The translations under genes and the position numbers were made by a program. A stretch of DNA of 64,000 nucleotides from positions 4,030,001 to 4,094,000 of the forward strand of contig JAWMAR010000008.1 in assembly GCA_036785375.1 (NCBI GenBank). Reading direction: 5' to 3'. The notes below the pieces were generated by a model that saw only the letters and a program-made list of their open reading frames with translations, did not search any database and was not told where the DNA came from. Position 1 is the first letter of the stretch. Each line of letters starts with the position of its first letter. This document shows, in pieces, positions 11,120 to 23,551 of the stretch. Source of the DNA: Leucoraja ocellata (lineage: Eukaryota).

Positions 11120-13639
11120 GGAGCTTAGGATAGTTGGTCTACTTCAGGAGTTTAATGTAGGGCATACAAACAAATTGGTCTTTCCGGTGTTTCTGAATAT
11201 AACTGTGACTCAATATTAAAGATAGACACAAAATGCTGGAGTAACTCAGCAGGTCAGGCAGCATCTCTGGAGATAGGCGAAGTTACAGCTGGGACACTTC
11301 TTCAGACTGATTGTAGTGGAGGAAAAGTTGGTAGTGGAAGTTGTGAAGCAATATTGTTTTCTTCATTACCTATCCACCCTCACCCCGTGACTCCAACGCT
11401 CAAGAAGAGTGCGGCAATACCTCCTGAAATGTGGCTGAAAATGTGTCACCTGGGGCAGGGTGGCAAGCTCATCGAATTGCAAGCCAGGCTGGGAAGGCGG
11501 AGAAGGATCACTTATAGGGGAAGGATTCAAAGAAGGACACCAAGATGCCTGATTGCGGGTGTGACATGATTGAGGAGCAATACTGACAGTTCGCAAATGG
11601 AATTAAGTCGAAATCTAACTCGTTATCAGCAGCTTATCACCACAGCAACTCTGGCCCAACTGCACCAGAGGTATTATCCCTTTGTCCCATTCATCTCTTC
11701 CCCACCCTCACTGCAACTTAACCTATTTTCTCACTATCCCCGATCTGATGAAGTATCTATAACTTGAAACATTTTTTTTGTTCCCTCAGCACAGATGCTG
11801 CCTGACCAAATAAATGTTTCCAACATCTTTTGTTTGTGTTTCAGAAATGAACTGAAGTGAACTTTTGGAGAGACAAGGAAGGTCACACATCCCTGTTCTC
11901 CAGAGATGTGGCCTGGCCTACTGATTTACTCCAGATCACCGTGTCCTTACTTTGAAGTGAACTTTTCCTTTCTCTGCCCATTCAGTTACAGTTATTGCTC
12001 AGTAATAGGTAGCTTATTCCACTGAAGATTGGACAGGTGTCTACAATATTGTCACAATCACTGAACACTGGCAGCTCAATATCCTGGAGTATAGAATTTT
12101 CAGGTCAGACAAAGATTGTATTAATTCAGTATTGAGGGAGCATATCCTAAAAGAGCAAATGGAAACCAAAAGGTGTTGTTACTTTGCTCTGGGATTATTA
12201 CAAACTTCACTAAAGTCAACGTGAGATAGAGGATAGATATGTAAGCAGAACACATTCAGACGCAATAAAAATAGGATTATCATACTGGGGAATTTCAATT
12301 TCCCAAATATTAACTGGGATTGCCCCAGCGTTAAAGGCTCAGAGAGGGCAGCAAATAGGGTGTTTTTATGTTGAATATGTTAGTTGGCTGAGAAATATAA
12401 CTAGTCTCCATTGTCACTATTGGTCTTTACGTGGAGTAAGTCGAAATGGTTCTGAGAACGAACTGTATCATTGAAGACACAGAACACAGAAACGCAACAA
12501 TTTTCGACACAAACTGCACACCAAGTCTCGCAAGAGGACGTGAAGGAAGGGAGTGGAGAGACTGGCCAGACTGAAGACACCGCAAAAACAGTGTCATTTC
12601 CAGACCCATTCAGACTAGGTTCTGTTGAGTCACTTAGTGTACAAAGTGGCAGATGAGAAAATGCAGGCAAAGCCTTTCAATGTGCTGGACTTAATGTTCC
12701 AGGGACATGCAGAACAGCCACCAGAATGGAGGTGGTAATTAAAAGGGTGAGACAGCGCACTCAAAACTAGTTCACAACTGCATAAGTTGCAGCATGATGT
12801 TCTTCCTCATAGCCAAGTCATACAGGCACTGCATATTTGCAGTGGGTGCAAAAGGAAGGAGAGTATTTTGGAACAAAATAATCAGTCTTATAGTTTGTTC
12901 GTGGGTCAAATGGAAGCACGTCTCTTTAAATGATCTTCTGCCTCGTGTGTGGTGTACCTCACACACTTCGGTTGCACAAAAACTTGGCAGTTAAGTATCT
13001 ATTTCGAGATAAGGTAAAAGATTGTTACCAATACAGAAGCTTTCAATTGTCATATTTTGATCCATTCAGGAGAAGGCTTCTGACATGATAAACACCTTGT
13101 GCTCACTCTCCTCTGGCCCAATGATCACATGACTGTATTCCACTGTTCAGCGTTGGCCTTGGTTACCGTGCTGGTGGTACCAGTAAGGCTGTTCCATTAA
13201 AGAACATATGTGCAACAGAAATATATACTGAGGAGGCTGAAACATTATGCTGAATGATACCCATTGTACACACTAGACTGATGCTTAGAACAGAACATAT
13301 AAGGCTGCCCTATCTATTGACGGAGCAACATATTGATATCATATTGAGTCGGTCTGTCAAAAGCTAGGATTGTATTGGAGATACCCCATCCATTTTCTGT
13401 TCAGATGGAGCATAGCAGTGTTGGCTATATCTCTGAGAGGCATATACATCCTACGCACGTTGACGGATGGCATGCAGTTCTGAACTTACTTATATCAGCC
13501 CAGCACAGTGTAGCCAGTGCAGCATGACTGATTGAAAACAGTTGTAGTGTGTAGAGTTAAAAACATTGGCAATGATCCAGAAAGGAAAAGTTAAAAGAGA
13601 TGTATTTGTGACTTCAAAAGGAACAGTAAATGACAGTAC

Positions 13640-13808
13640 CTGTCGCGGGGTAACGCCTGTATGGTCATGAGTAGTCGCCCAAAAATAATCGTACCTTTTT
13701 CTGGTCGCCCCTGAATTTTCAACATGTTGAACATTTTCGGCAACCTGCTGCGACTATGACGGGTGTCGGCAAGTCACCGAAAAAAATCGCGTAAGTGGGA
13801 CAGGCCCT
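13640..13808. mobile_element. partial PIF/Harbinger-like MITE (one TIR)
   Basis: CpG-rich segment ending aagtgggacaggccct followed by taa; the TIR plus TWA target is typical of Harbinger. The other end was not found. Confidence 0.6.
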
Positions 13809-15505
13809 TAAGGAAGAGAAGAGGTCTTATGTCTACAGGAAGCCTGAAAGGGAATCAGGATGCAAATGATTTAAAATAGACATCACAAAAATGGAGAGCC
13901 TAACGAAACAGCCAAAGTAGAGATGTTGCAACTAAGTTCATGATGTTAAGATAGTGTTAAATACAACGGATAATTGTAACTACTGTCATTGTTGTCAAGA
14001 ATTATTAACCCTGCATTAAATTTGATGTGAACAATTTGGTACAAACAGATGAAACCAGAAAGATAATGGTCAAAAGCACTTTTACATTGATGAGGACACT
14101 TACATTGAAATAGTAATCGCAGGACAGGGCGTGAGACTGGACATGGGCGAGGTTTGTCTGGCAAAGCAATCCATCAGATTCACTATTGTGTGGAGTTGGT
14201 GTTTCTGAGATATCGTGGAATAATCAGTGAAAAGATCAATGAATAATGAGATGAAGAATTTGAATACATTTATAGTTTGTTGTGTATAAAAAAAAATGTT
14301 GAAGTTAAATAAATTTCCGAATCTTGAATTTCATGTATGCAAATATGTTTGCGTGGGCTTATTGCAATTTTTTTAAAGGGGATGTAATAGATAGATAGAT
14401 AGCCTTTTATTGTAATGTACATATAAAAGTGTAAATTAATCTTTGGGAATTTGAATCTATCTTATGGTAGGATTTCTGATATATTCTTATATTGGACGCT
14501 GCCATTAGTTGATAGTGGACTGCCTTCCATATTCCACTGGAACCTCTGTTGTCTGTCTTTGTAAGCTACAGCATGAATGCATTAAGAGGAGTTGATATAT
14601 ACTCTGCCTATCCCTGTCTATTTTTGTCAATCACATATTCTGAAGAAAATCTGTCTTTTCATTTATATGGTTATGTGTTACAAGAAAAAAAAAATCGAGG
14701 TTAACCTAAACCCAACCAAACTACATCCATTTGTTATATCACTAGTTTCTCCTTTCTATAGCGGTCGGGGTAATGGGTCTGCGCACTTTAGGTAACTATA
14801 ATTCCAAAAATAAAATGATAAATTAAAATTAAGTGAAAGTGGCATGAAAGTGAAGCTGAGATCAGAGATCAGATCAGACATAATGTTACTGAATGGTGAA
14901 TTTAGCTCGAGGGGATCAGTGGCCTACTCCTGCTCCAATTTATAGATTCTCATGTGCTTAAGTAAAAGTGCTTAAGCATCTTTAAAATAGATATGTTAGG
15001 TACCTTAAGATCTTACAGCACCAGAGTTTCACTATTGCATTTGATTTGAACAGATTCAATTCTTTCAGGGCATTTATGTATCTAATGGCCTGCTCCCCCC
15101 ACCCTGCTGTGAGAGTTGGAGCCTCCTGAAAGAGACGAATAAGCATATTTTATGGGGATGGACAGAGGTGAAGGTGGGATTCATTAAGGGATTTGTCTGT
15201 TTTTATGAAGAGGGATTTTCAAGAAGGGAAAGTTTTCTATGGCCACAATCTGTGTTGAGCCTTGCATCAACTCGAGTTTATTGCCGTATGCACAAGGACA
15301 GTGAGGTGAAGGTACAATAAAAGAATTGCTTGCAGCAGCATCACAGGCACATAGACTCAGATAAACACACAAAATATAAATTTTACATAAAATCACATAA
15401 AATTTCAAAAGTAAAGCAAAAAAGACATTATGGCAAAACACAATTAGAAAAAAATAAGTTAATCCATGGTTAGGGTCTTTTTCAGCAAGTAAGGTGACAA
15501 GACTG

Positions 15506-15811
15506 GGCAGCACGGTGGTGCAGCGGTAGAGTTGCTGCCCTACAGCGCTTGCAGCACCATAGAACAGGGTTTGATCCTGACTACGTGTGCTGCTTGTGCG
15601 GTATTTGTACGTTCATCCTTTTTTCTCCAAGGTCTTCTGTTTTTCCTCCCCCTCCAAAAGACGAACAGGTGTGTAGGTTAATTGGCTCGGTGTTATTATA
15701 AATTGTCCCTAGTGTGTGTAGGATAGTGTGAATGAGCGGGGATTGCTGCTCCGCACGGACTTGGTGGGCCGAAGGATCAGTTTCCGTGCTGTATCTCTAA
15801 AACTAAAACTA
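15506..15811 (+). mobile_element. HE1-like V-SINE
   Basis: tRNA-like head, V-domain, CR1 tail, (ctaaaa)n; aagactg on both flanks. Confidence 0.88.
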
Positions 15812-15819
15812 AAGACTGA

Positions 15820-16075
15820 CTGGAAAATAAAGACACAAGAGATTACAGATGGTGCTATATGGAGTAGAAAAATGCCAAACTGCTAGAAGAACTCAGCGGG
15901 TCAAACAGCACCCTTGGACCTTTCTGATTGGGGATGCTGCATGAGAACTGAGAGTGCAGAGGGAAGATATACAGAAAAGGGACGTGAGAGGGAGTGGACT
16001 TGTCGGTAATAGATGGGACCAGCTGAGGTGGAGATAATGGGCAGATAGAGCAAGGTAGAGGAGGGGGAGAGAGAA
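15820..16075 (-). mobile_element. Penelope pLTR / 3' region fragment
   Basis: gaactcagcgggtcaaacagca followed by a purine-rich tract, as in the 53994-54958 copy. Confidence 0.55.
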
Positions 16076-16107
16076 GAGACAAAAGTTCTCTTTTGTCTCT
16101 TACCCAT

Positions 16108-17097
16108 ACACTAGCAATGTTACAAAATTTTGAGATTTATAAAATCAAATCTGCAATTTATCCCATCAGATAAAGCATAACAATAAGTTTAATTTGACAC
16201 CTAATTCACTTTCATATCTCAAGTAATAAAAAGGTTATGGCCATTTTCATACTCGGAAATTAGCATCTTGTTCCCTATTGATTTTCTATGGACATAACAA
16301 AAAAGCTGTGATCATGGACAGTCAAAAACCCATAACCTTCTTAAAAATTAAGAGAACTGAATGAAATTTTCAGTTATCATAGATTGAAGCATTCTGAAAC
16401 AAATATAAAATAATCTTACTTGGATGACCTGAAATTAAAGCATATAATTAGTTAGTTACCCAATTGTAGCTAATTTCAAACTTCAATTACTAGATCTAAA
16501 CATCTATCCATTTCTTAATAAATGATTAACATTTTTAAATAGCCTAAGTGTCCAAATAATATTCACAAATAATTCACAATAAAACATGATTTTTAAATCT
16601 CATTTACATCAATTTATAGGCCAAATGGAAGGAATTTAGTGTTCAATTGCTGTAAATTAAAGTCAATTTAAATCGGCTTTCTAGTGGGTTCCTGTGAACG
16701 CGCTGGTTTAGAACGTTCACATTGCGCTGGATTTGTGCCCTCAAGTGCCCAGAAAAATACTGCGGGATATAAAGAGCCCAAAATGAACTACTCAGTATAG
16801 AAAATTTTATATACAGGGTTCTTAAGAAGCCCCTTTTAATGTAAAAATAAGGTACATACCTTTAATTGTTTGCTTTATAAAACCCTGGGGCTGCGAGAGG
16901 TCGCGGGTTTAGAGAGTGATTTTTAAACTACTATAACTATTATTCAAGGCCATAAAAACTAATAATACCTTTTGCGACGGGGTCTTTCAGCGATTTTCCG
17001 TTAATGATTTACTAGGCTGAACATTTTCGATTGCAACAGCCTAGTAAAAATCGCGTTTTAAACCCGCCCCCTCTAAACAGCGCCAAAATCGCAGACA
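16108..17097. repeat. ~1-kb AT-rich putative non-autonomous DNA transposon fragment (class unknown)
   Basis: Abrupt compositional change, no ORF, aaaggttatggccatttt and tgaaattttcag motifs, CpG-retaining right end. No TIR pair found. Confidence 0.35.
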
Positions 17098-17102
17098 AAT
17101 CC

Positions 17103-17200
17103 AAGATGGACACAAAAATCTGGAGTAACTCAGCAGGGCAGGCAGCATCTCTGGAGAGAAGGAATCGGTGTCGTTTTGGGTCGAGACCTTTCTTCAGACA
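17103..17200 (-). mobile_element. Penelope pseudo-LTR
   Basis: ggagtaactcagcagggcaggcagcatctctggag...gggtcgagacctttcttcagac. Confidence 0.8.
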
Positions 17201-17702
17201 GATGGAAAGGTATGGGGGTGATGGGCAGATAGAAGCAGGTAGAGGAAGGTTGTACGTCTAGGTTGCAACGCAATATCTGGATTCCCAACAAAGGTAATAC
17301 AATATGCCAAGGTTAAGCTGTGCTCCCATTGTAAAGATGTAATTTTACAGGGCTATTTGCCCACGCACAAAATAGTGAAGTTGAAACTGTTTAATTAACT
17401 CCTTTTATCAATGTACATAAACAGAATAAAACCTCTTTGAGTTCAGTGATATACAGTACCTCTGAGATTTTTTTTGAGTTGTGAAAGATTCTTCCTGAAC
17501 GTTTGCTTGCCTGGCTGAATAAAGACTTTATACATCAACAGCTCTGGCCTCCGTGTAGCTCATTCAAAGTCACCACAATGTGATCCTTTCTGCTGTAGCT
17601 GGCTGAGTGTGATCAAAGCCTCCATGCTTGCTTGAGAGGGGACACCATTGTTGGTGTATTTGAGCCGTCAGTGGAGTTGAGGTTCTGCAGATACTGCATC
17701 TG

Positions 17703-17998
17703 GTTTAATTTAGAGATATACGGCATGGAAACAGGCCACAAGGTCCACGCTGACCATTGGTCACCCATTCACACTAGTTTTATGTTATCCATTCAATATA
17801 CAAATGGGGCAATTTACAGAGGCCAATTAACGTACAAACCTGCACGTCTTTGAAATGTGGGAGGAAACCGGAGCACCTGGGAAAAACCCACCCGGTTGCA
17901 GGGAAAACGTGAAAACTCCACACAGACAGTTGCCGAGGTCAGGATCAAACCTAGGTGTCTGGCACTGTGAGGGAGCAGCTCTACCAGCTGCGCCACTA
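17703..17998 (-). mobile_element. HE1-like V-SINE
   Basis: Minus strand gives gtggcgcagctggtagagc head, V-domain and tail. Confidence 0.85.
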
Positions 17999-18039
17999 TT
18001 TATGGCAACTCGACCAGTCTTTTAAGGTGTCTGTTGTAG

Positions 18040-18102
18040 GGAGACCGAGTCTCGGAGACGTCAGGGAGTGGTGGGGATTGCAGCGGCCCTTTACCCCATG
18101 AG
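18040..18102 (+). other. candidate 63-nt internal exon
   Basis: tgttgtag| acceptor and AG|GTAAGC donor; CpG-rich; stays open in phase with the candidate exon 1 (W-ETESRRRQGVVGIAAALYPM-R). The polypyrimidine tract is weak. Confidence 0.22.
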
Positions 18103-19689
18103 GTAAGCATTGGGTTTAAGAATAAATTTAAAAACAATTTTTGTGGAAAAATAACACCCAGTGAAACACAGAGGCGAAGGCGTGGAATGTGTAATTTTTT
18201 ACAAAATACGGACACAAAGAGGACAACAAGGAAACTAAATTCACCTCGCCCTCTTCCCTATTTGAACCTCCAACCTGGACATGTCTGTTAACTCAGCTTC
18301 CTCTTGCTGTGTGGAGAATAGACCTTAGACCATTTAATTATTTTTATTAAATCAAGATGGGAGAAAGGATATGCTGGAGCTGAGGTTTTTTTTTTGTTCT
18401 GTGACATGAATTCAAATCTAATCTATATTGATTGCTGCATAGGGTCCTAACTAAATGCCCTGAAACTGCCTCAGGTTAGTTCCTGGTGGGTTCATGTAAA
18501 TTGTTCTGATCCTTTTCCCAAACATTTGGAGCCACGGAAAGGATAGGATCACAGCAGAGGATTAATTATGAGAAAATCAAGTAGAGCGTGAACAGGAGAG
18601 GGAATAAAATGAAGCAAAATCTGAGAGGGCGATAAAGGTATTTCAAAGGAGTGGGATGGACAGGAGTGGACTAGGGATCCAGAGAATTAACTCAAATAGA
18701 TTTCAAATTCTATTTTGACAGATTTTGAATCAATTTCTCATCCTAGATCTTAAATGATCTCATCTTTAGCACATTGTTGTATGTGGGACATTGCTCTAAA
18801 TGTGCTGCTGCAATTTCCACATCACAATGACTTCAGTTCAATAGCACTTCATTAACTTGGAAACATTTTGTAACATCCTGAGTTTGTGGAGCTGTTATGT
18901 AAACGCATGTCTTCCTAGCTTCAGTCCAAACATTTATGCAAATGAAGTGCCATGTTTTGATCTTATGATTTGCATTAATGCACTGCAGCACAACATTTAT
19001 TATGCACGCATCGTTACAACTTTTGAAACGTTATTGTTTCTCGTAGTTCTGTGTGGGCGATGGTCAGGAAGGTCAACATCACACTCTCCACGTTGGTGAT
19101 TTATGATCTGGACATATGACATTGTGCTGGTTAACATCAGATAATATGTCTGTTTATACATCACAGTTATATGTATTTACTGCACTGCTTCATTTTTATA
19201 AAAAAAAAGAGAACAACACTGAAACAGATGAATATGTTTACATCGAAGAACATATGTACATGAATACACAATCACAGATTGAAGCACATCACAGCTTTTC
19301 CAAAAATCTGATACCTTCTCAACAGACCCGATGTTTTTTGGTATTTCCTGTACATTTGTTCAGGATGCTGATGCTGCTGACTAGATGCCTCCCTCGGGAT
19401 TTTCCAGAGTATTCCTATGGATCTGTGTCACAAGTTCACAGTACTTTGCCTCCTGCTCTTCAATGATCGCTTCCATAGGTCCTTGTTCCTTCGAACCCCT
19501 CTGCAGTCACCATGTGCTTTTGATCTTGCCATGTAATTTCTGGCCACTCATACTCCTCCAACAATTTCAAGGTCCCTCCTTGATGGTGTTTTTTACCTTG
19601 TAGTCAGAACACCATTACCTGGTCTCTTAACTGGACCCATCTTCCTGGTGTCTGAGTCATAGTGATTTCCTCTGCCTCCACCACCCTCT

Positions 19690-20105
19690 CTCCTTCCCTC
19701 CAAACTGGCTTGGCCTCTGCGATCTCCCAGTTGCCAAACACTTTAACTCTCTTTCCCATTCTGACCTTTCTGTCAATCAGGCCAAATGCAAATTGGAGGA
19801 ACAGCACCTCATATTCCGCTTGGGCAGCTTACAACCCAGCAGAGTGAACATTGATTTCTCTAACTGCAAGTAACCCTTGCATTCCCTTTCTGTTCCTCCC
19901 CCACCCGAGTCATCCCACTGGTTTCATGGTCGTCTTGCTTAATTTCACTCATTACCACCTTCTCCACTGCCAACAATAGACCATTGTGGGCTCCACCTTT
20001 CCTTGATCATCGTTGCGGGCATTGAATTGTCCTTTTGGTTATCTATCATTTATTTGGTCTTTGTACCTTTTCATATCTCTAGTTTCCCCTTCCCCTACAA
20101 TGAAG
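19690..20105 (+). mobile_element. degenerate Penelope 3' end (GIY-YIG C-terminus)
   Basis: DLPVAKHFNS...KLEEQHLIFRLGSLQP, homologous to 54243-54569. Confidence 0.8.
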
Positions 20106-20329
20106 GGAATAACGCAAATACTGTGCAGTGCAAGATAAAGTCCAGTAAAGTATGATCAAAGATCGTCTGAAATGAGGTAGATAGTGACTGAGGACTGCTT
20201 TCGAGTTGTTGGTATGATGTGTATTATATGGCTGAATGTTCTTTCTTGTTATCTACATCAGTAATACATCATCTTTTAAGTTGATGCAGATTTTGTCTGA
20301 CAATCCTTCTTCTGACGTCAATGGAGAAT

Positions 20330-20960
20330 TAAGAATAAGAGCATGAGTAGGTCATTAGGATTTTCGAGCCTGCTCTTCCAATCAAGGTGATCGTCACTGA
20401 TCCTCTATCCCAATACCTGTACCATATTCCTGCTCTCTCCTGAAACAATTTGTTGTGTTTTTATGTCTAAAAATGTAACAATCTCTTTTTTAACCATATT
20501 CAGTGACTTGCTCTCTGAAGCTCCCTGCATTAGAGAATTCCACAGGTTCACCTCCCTTCAAGTGTAGAAATGTCACCTGATGTCAGCCTCTTTTTTTTTC
20601 AAAGACTTTATTCAACACATCAAATAATACAACAGATCAAGTCATACACAAAACGAACTTACATTATATCCAGTGTCATTATACTACAACATTACAATCA
20701 TTATTCACAATACTCTCAACCCCACGCGGTGACCAGCGCCCACGGAATACCTCCAAAGTCCCCGTGAGCACCGCATGTTCCCTCTCCCTGATGTCAGCCT
20801 CATGTAGCCTGAAATGACTCTCTCTCTCTCTCTTTTTTTTAAAGTTTCAATTACATCCCTCCACATTTTTCCAAGCTCTACTGAATACTGAAGCTGGCTT
20901 AATCATTCTGCATAATGATAGTCCTGCCATCTCAGGAATCGCAGGAAGTTGTAGCAGCTT
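20330..20960 (-). mobile_element. old CR1 3' region
   Basis: Degenerate CR1 3' UTR and C-terminus (IPEMAGLS); interrupted by a Tx1 insertion. Confidence 0.6.
20591..20786 (-). mobile_element. 5'-truncated Tx1/L1-clade LINE 3' end with poly(A)
   Basis: Perfect 15-bp TSD cctgatgtcagcctc (20576-20590 / 20787-20801); minus strand reads EREHAVLTGTLEVFRGRWSPRGVE..., then AATAAA and an A tail. Confidence 0.8.
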
Positions 20961-22263
20961 TCTGCATTTCAAACCATACGGGAGAGTAAATGGAAGATTA
21001 ACGTGGCAGTGAATTGTAAGGATCGCATTTAGTCTTAATTGGCAGCATAAAGCAGGCAGCAAATGTTTAGCATTGCACCTTCTCATTTCATTGAAAGGTC
21101 CCAGGTAATGGGGGGGGATTCTCAAGCACCCCTTAAGGCAGAGCTCCCTGCTGGGAAATGGCCTCTCTAAGCACTATAGTAAGTGGTGCAGATACTGTCA
21201 TGATCTGAGGTTTCCTCAGGAATGCCATCTGCAGTTCATCTTTAAAAAAAATTCAATTTAATGACTGAGTCCCCAAGATATTATTTTCATGACCTTCAAA
21301 GTACTTTCTTGGGTCTCGTATTTAAACTGCAAGTTGCAAGTCTCCATTTGGGGTGGAAGTGCTGTTGTCTCACCCACACAGGATTGTCGATGTGCACTTC
21401 AGGCTTCCATCCATATCCCCAGTTAGTACCTGAGCTATTCTGATGTGGCCTCCAGAGGTTACACTTCTTTCACCTCCATCTACAGTACGTATTTCTGCCC
21501 AATGTTCCCTCATGTAGTGCAGATGGTTTACAAATGTAGGGAAGATAGCGTTACAGCCCACTACCTGCAGTATTAAGAACCAGTCAGGGATTCAGAATAG
21601 CTGCACATTCCCTAACATCAGTTTTATTCAGGTTTTGAGTGGAAATGTCTGTCTGTTGTCTCTTTGTCTTGGAACTGCAAATGGTACACAGTGAAAAAAA
21701 TATGGTGCTCTAAATGTAAGCAATGGGAGGAAATTGTTACCTCACTTCCATAAGGAGATAAAGAAAATCTCACATTTTGATAAAGGATGTTAAACTGATT
21801 GAAAGTGGCAGCGGAAGGCTGCTGTATCAGTGATGGTGCGGATGGAAATGCTGTTCACAATCACTGTGTCCTCCAAATACCATCTGTCCCTTTATCTCTT
21901 ACTTTTAGAATTGCTGACAGCTATTTAACCTGACGAGGCCAGAGGAGCTTCTGAATATCGAAGCATAATTGCAATTTTGACAAGTTCTGGTCAAATGAGC
22001 AATTTAGAATTCAGAAGCCTTTCGATTAATTGGATCTGTGGGCAGTTTGGATGTTACATATTCGTAAAGCAGCTCCTTTGTAGAAAGATTAGAATCACAG
22101 ACTGCTCTCAATTACTCTGCACCCACTTTGGTTTCTTTTATATTTCCCTTCTCATAAATTTCCATATGTTCTTACAACATAGAAATGTTATTTTGACCCA
22201 TTGAGTTAATGCCAGCTGGCAGAGCAATCTCACTTGTCCCTGTAACCTGTTCTCAACAACAAT

Positions 22264-22580
22264 AGGGCAACACATTGGGGCAATGGTAGAGTTGGTGCCT
22301 TACAGTGCCAGAGACCCAGGTTCGATCCAGATTACGGGTGCTGTCTTTGTGGCGTTTGTACGTTTTCCCCCTAACTTGCGTGGGTTTTCTCCGAGGTTTT
22401 TGGTTGCCATCCACACACTAAATTAGACGTACAGGTTTGTAGGCTTGGTATAAACGTTGATTTTCCTAAGTGTGTGTTGGATAGTGTTAGTGTGCAGGGA
22501 TCGCTGGTCAGTGTGGACTCGGTGGGCCGAAGGGCCTGTTTCTGTGCTGTATCTCTAAATTAAAAACAAAATTAAATTAG
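22264..22580 (+). mobile_element. HE1-like V-SINE
   Basis: B box ggttcgatcc, V-domain, CR1 tail. Confidence 0.85.
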
Positions 22581-23234
22581 CTCCCCTCAGATTCTACCAG
22601 CCATTCACACAGTAGGGACAATTTACAGTGGCCAAGTAACCCACCAAACTGCATGTTTTTGGGATCTGGGAGGAAACCAGATTTGTTGACAGTGAGATTG
22701 TCAACCGCACCGGTGTGAGATACAGCAGCTGTTTACAGAAGAAAAAACAGGTTTTACCCAATGCAGTTTCCCCTTGAAACAGTGCTATTCATCGTGCATT
22801 CTCAGTTTGCATGATGATCCCAAACAAGCTTCCCACATCTGTGCCTGGAGAGCATTACCCTTGGTGTTCAGGATCACATTCATTATTCATAACTCCTCAG
22901 GCTCAGGAACATCCCGTTCTGCCGATGACAATGTCTGCTCTACCGACTGGCTCGTTGCTCACTTCTGCATTCGGGTGATCACCCACACTCCGTATGAAGG
23001 AGTAAAGAGCACTTAGTTTTTCTTCAGTTCTCAGGAGCAGGCATAGTGCACACTTGTATTTGCCTGCATAAGTCAGCGAAGGCATCAATTAGTTGCATTC
23101 CCTCACAGAGATCTCCATGGCAGCTTCTGACCAGGAATTCCTGGCTATCATCTTAGAAGGTTTACAAAAAACACACAAACTGCTTGAGTAACTCAGTAGG
23201 TCAAGCAGCATCTCTGAAGAACATGGATTTTCTT

Positions 23235-23551
23235 AGCTTAGTCTTGTTTCAGTTTAGAGATACAGCGCGGAAACAGGCCCTTCGGCCCACCGAGTCCGCA
23301 CCAACCAGTGATCCTTGCACACTAACACTATCTGACACACACTAGGGACAATTTACACTCATACCAAGCCAATTAACCTACTTACCTGTAGGTCTTTGGA
23401 GTGTGGGAGGAAAACGAAGATCCCGAAGTAAACCTACACAGTCACGAGGTGAACATACAAGCTCTGTACAGACAGCACCCGTAGTCGGGATCGAACCCTG
23501 GTCTCTGGCGCTGCAAGCGCTGTGAGAAAGCAACTCTACCACTGTGCCGCC
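23235..23551 (-). mobile_element. HE1-like V-SINE
   Basis: Full head-to-tail similarity to the other copies. Confidence 0.9.
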
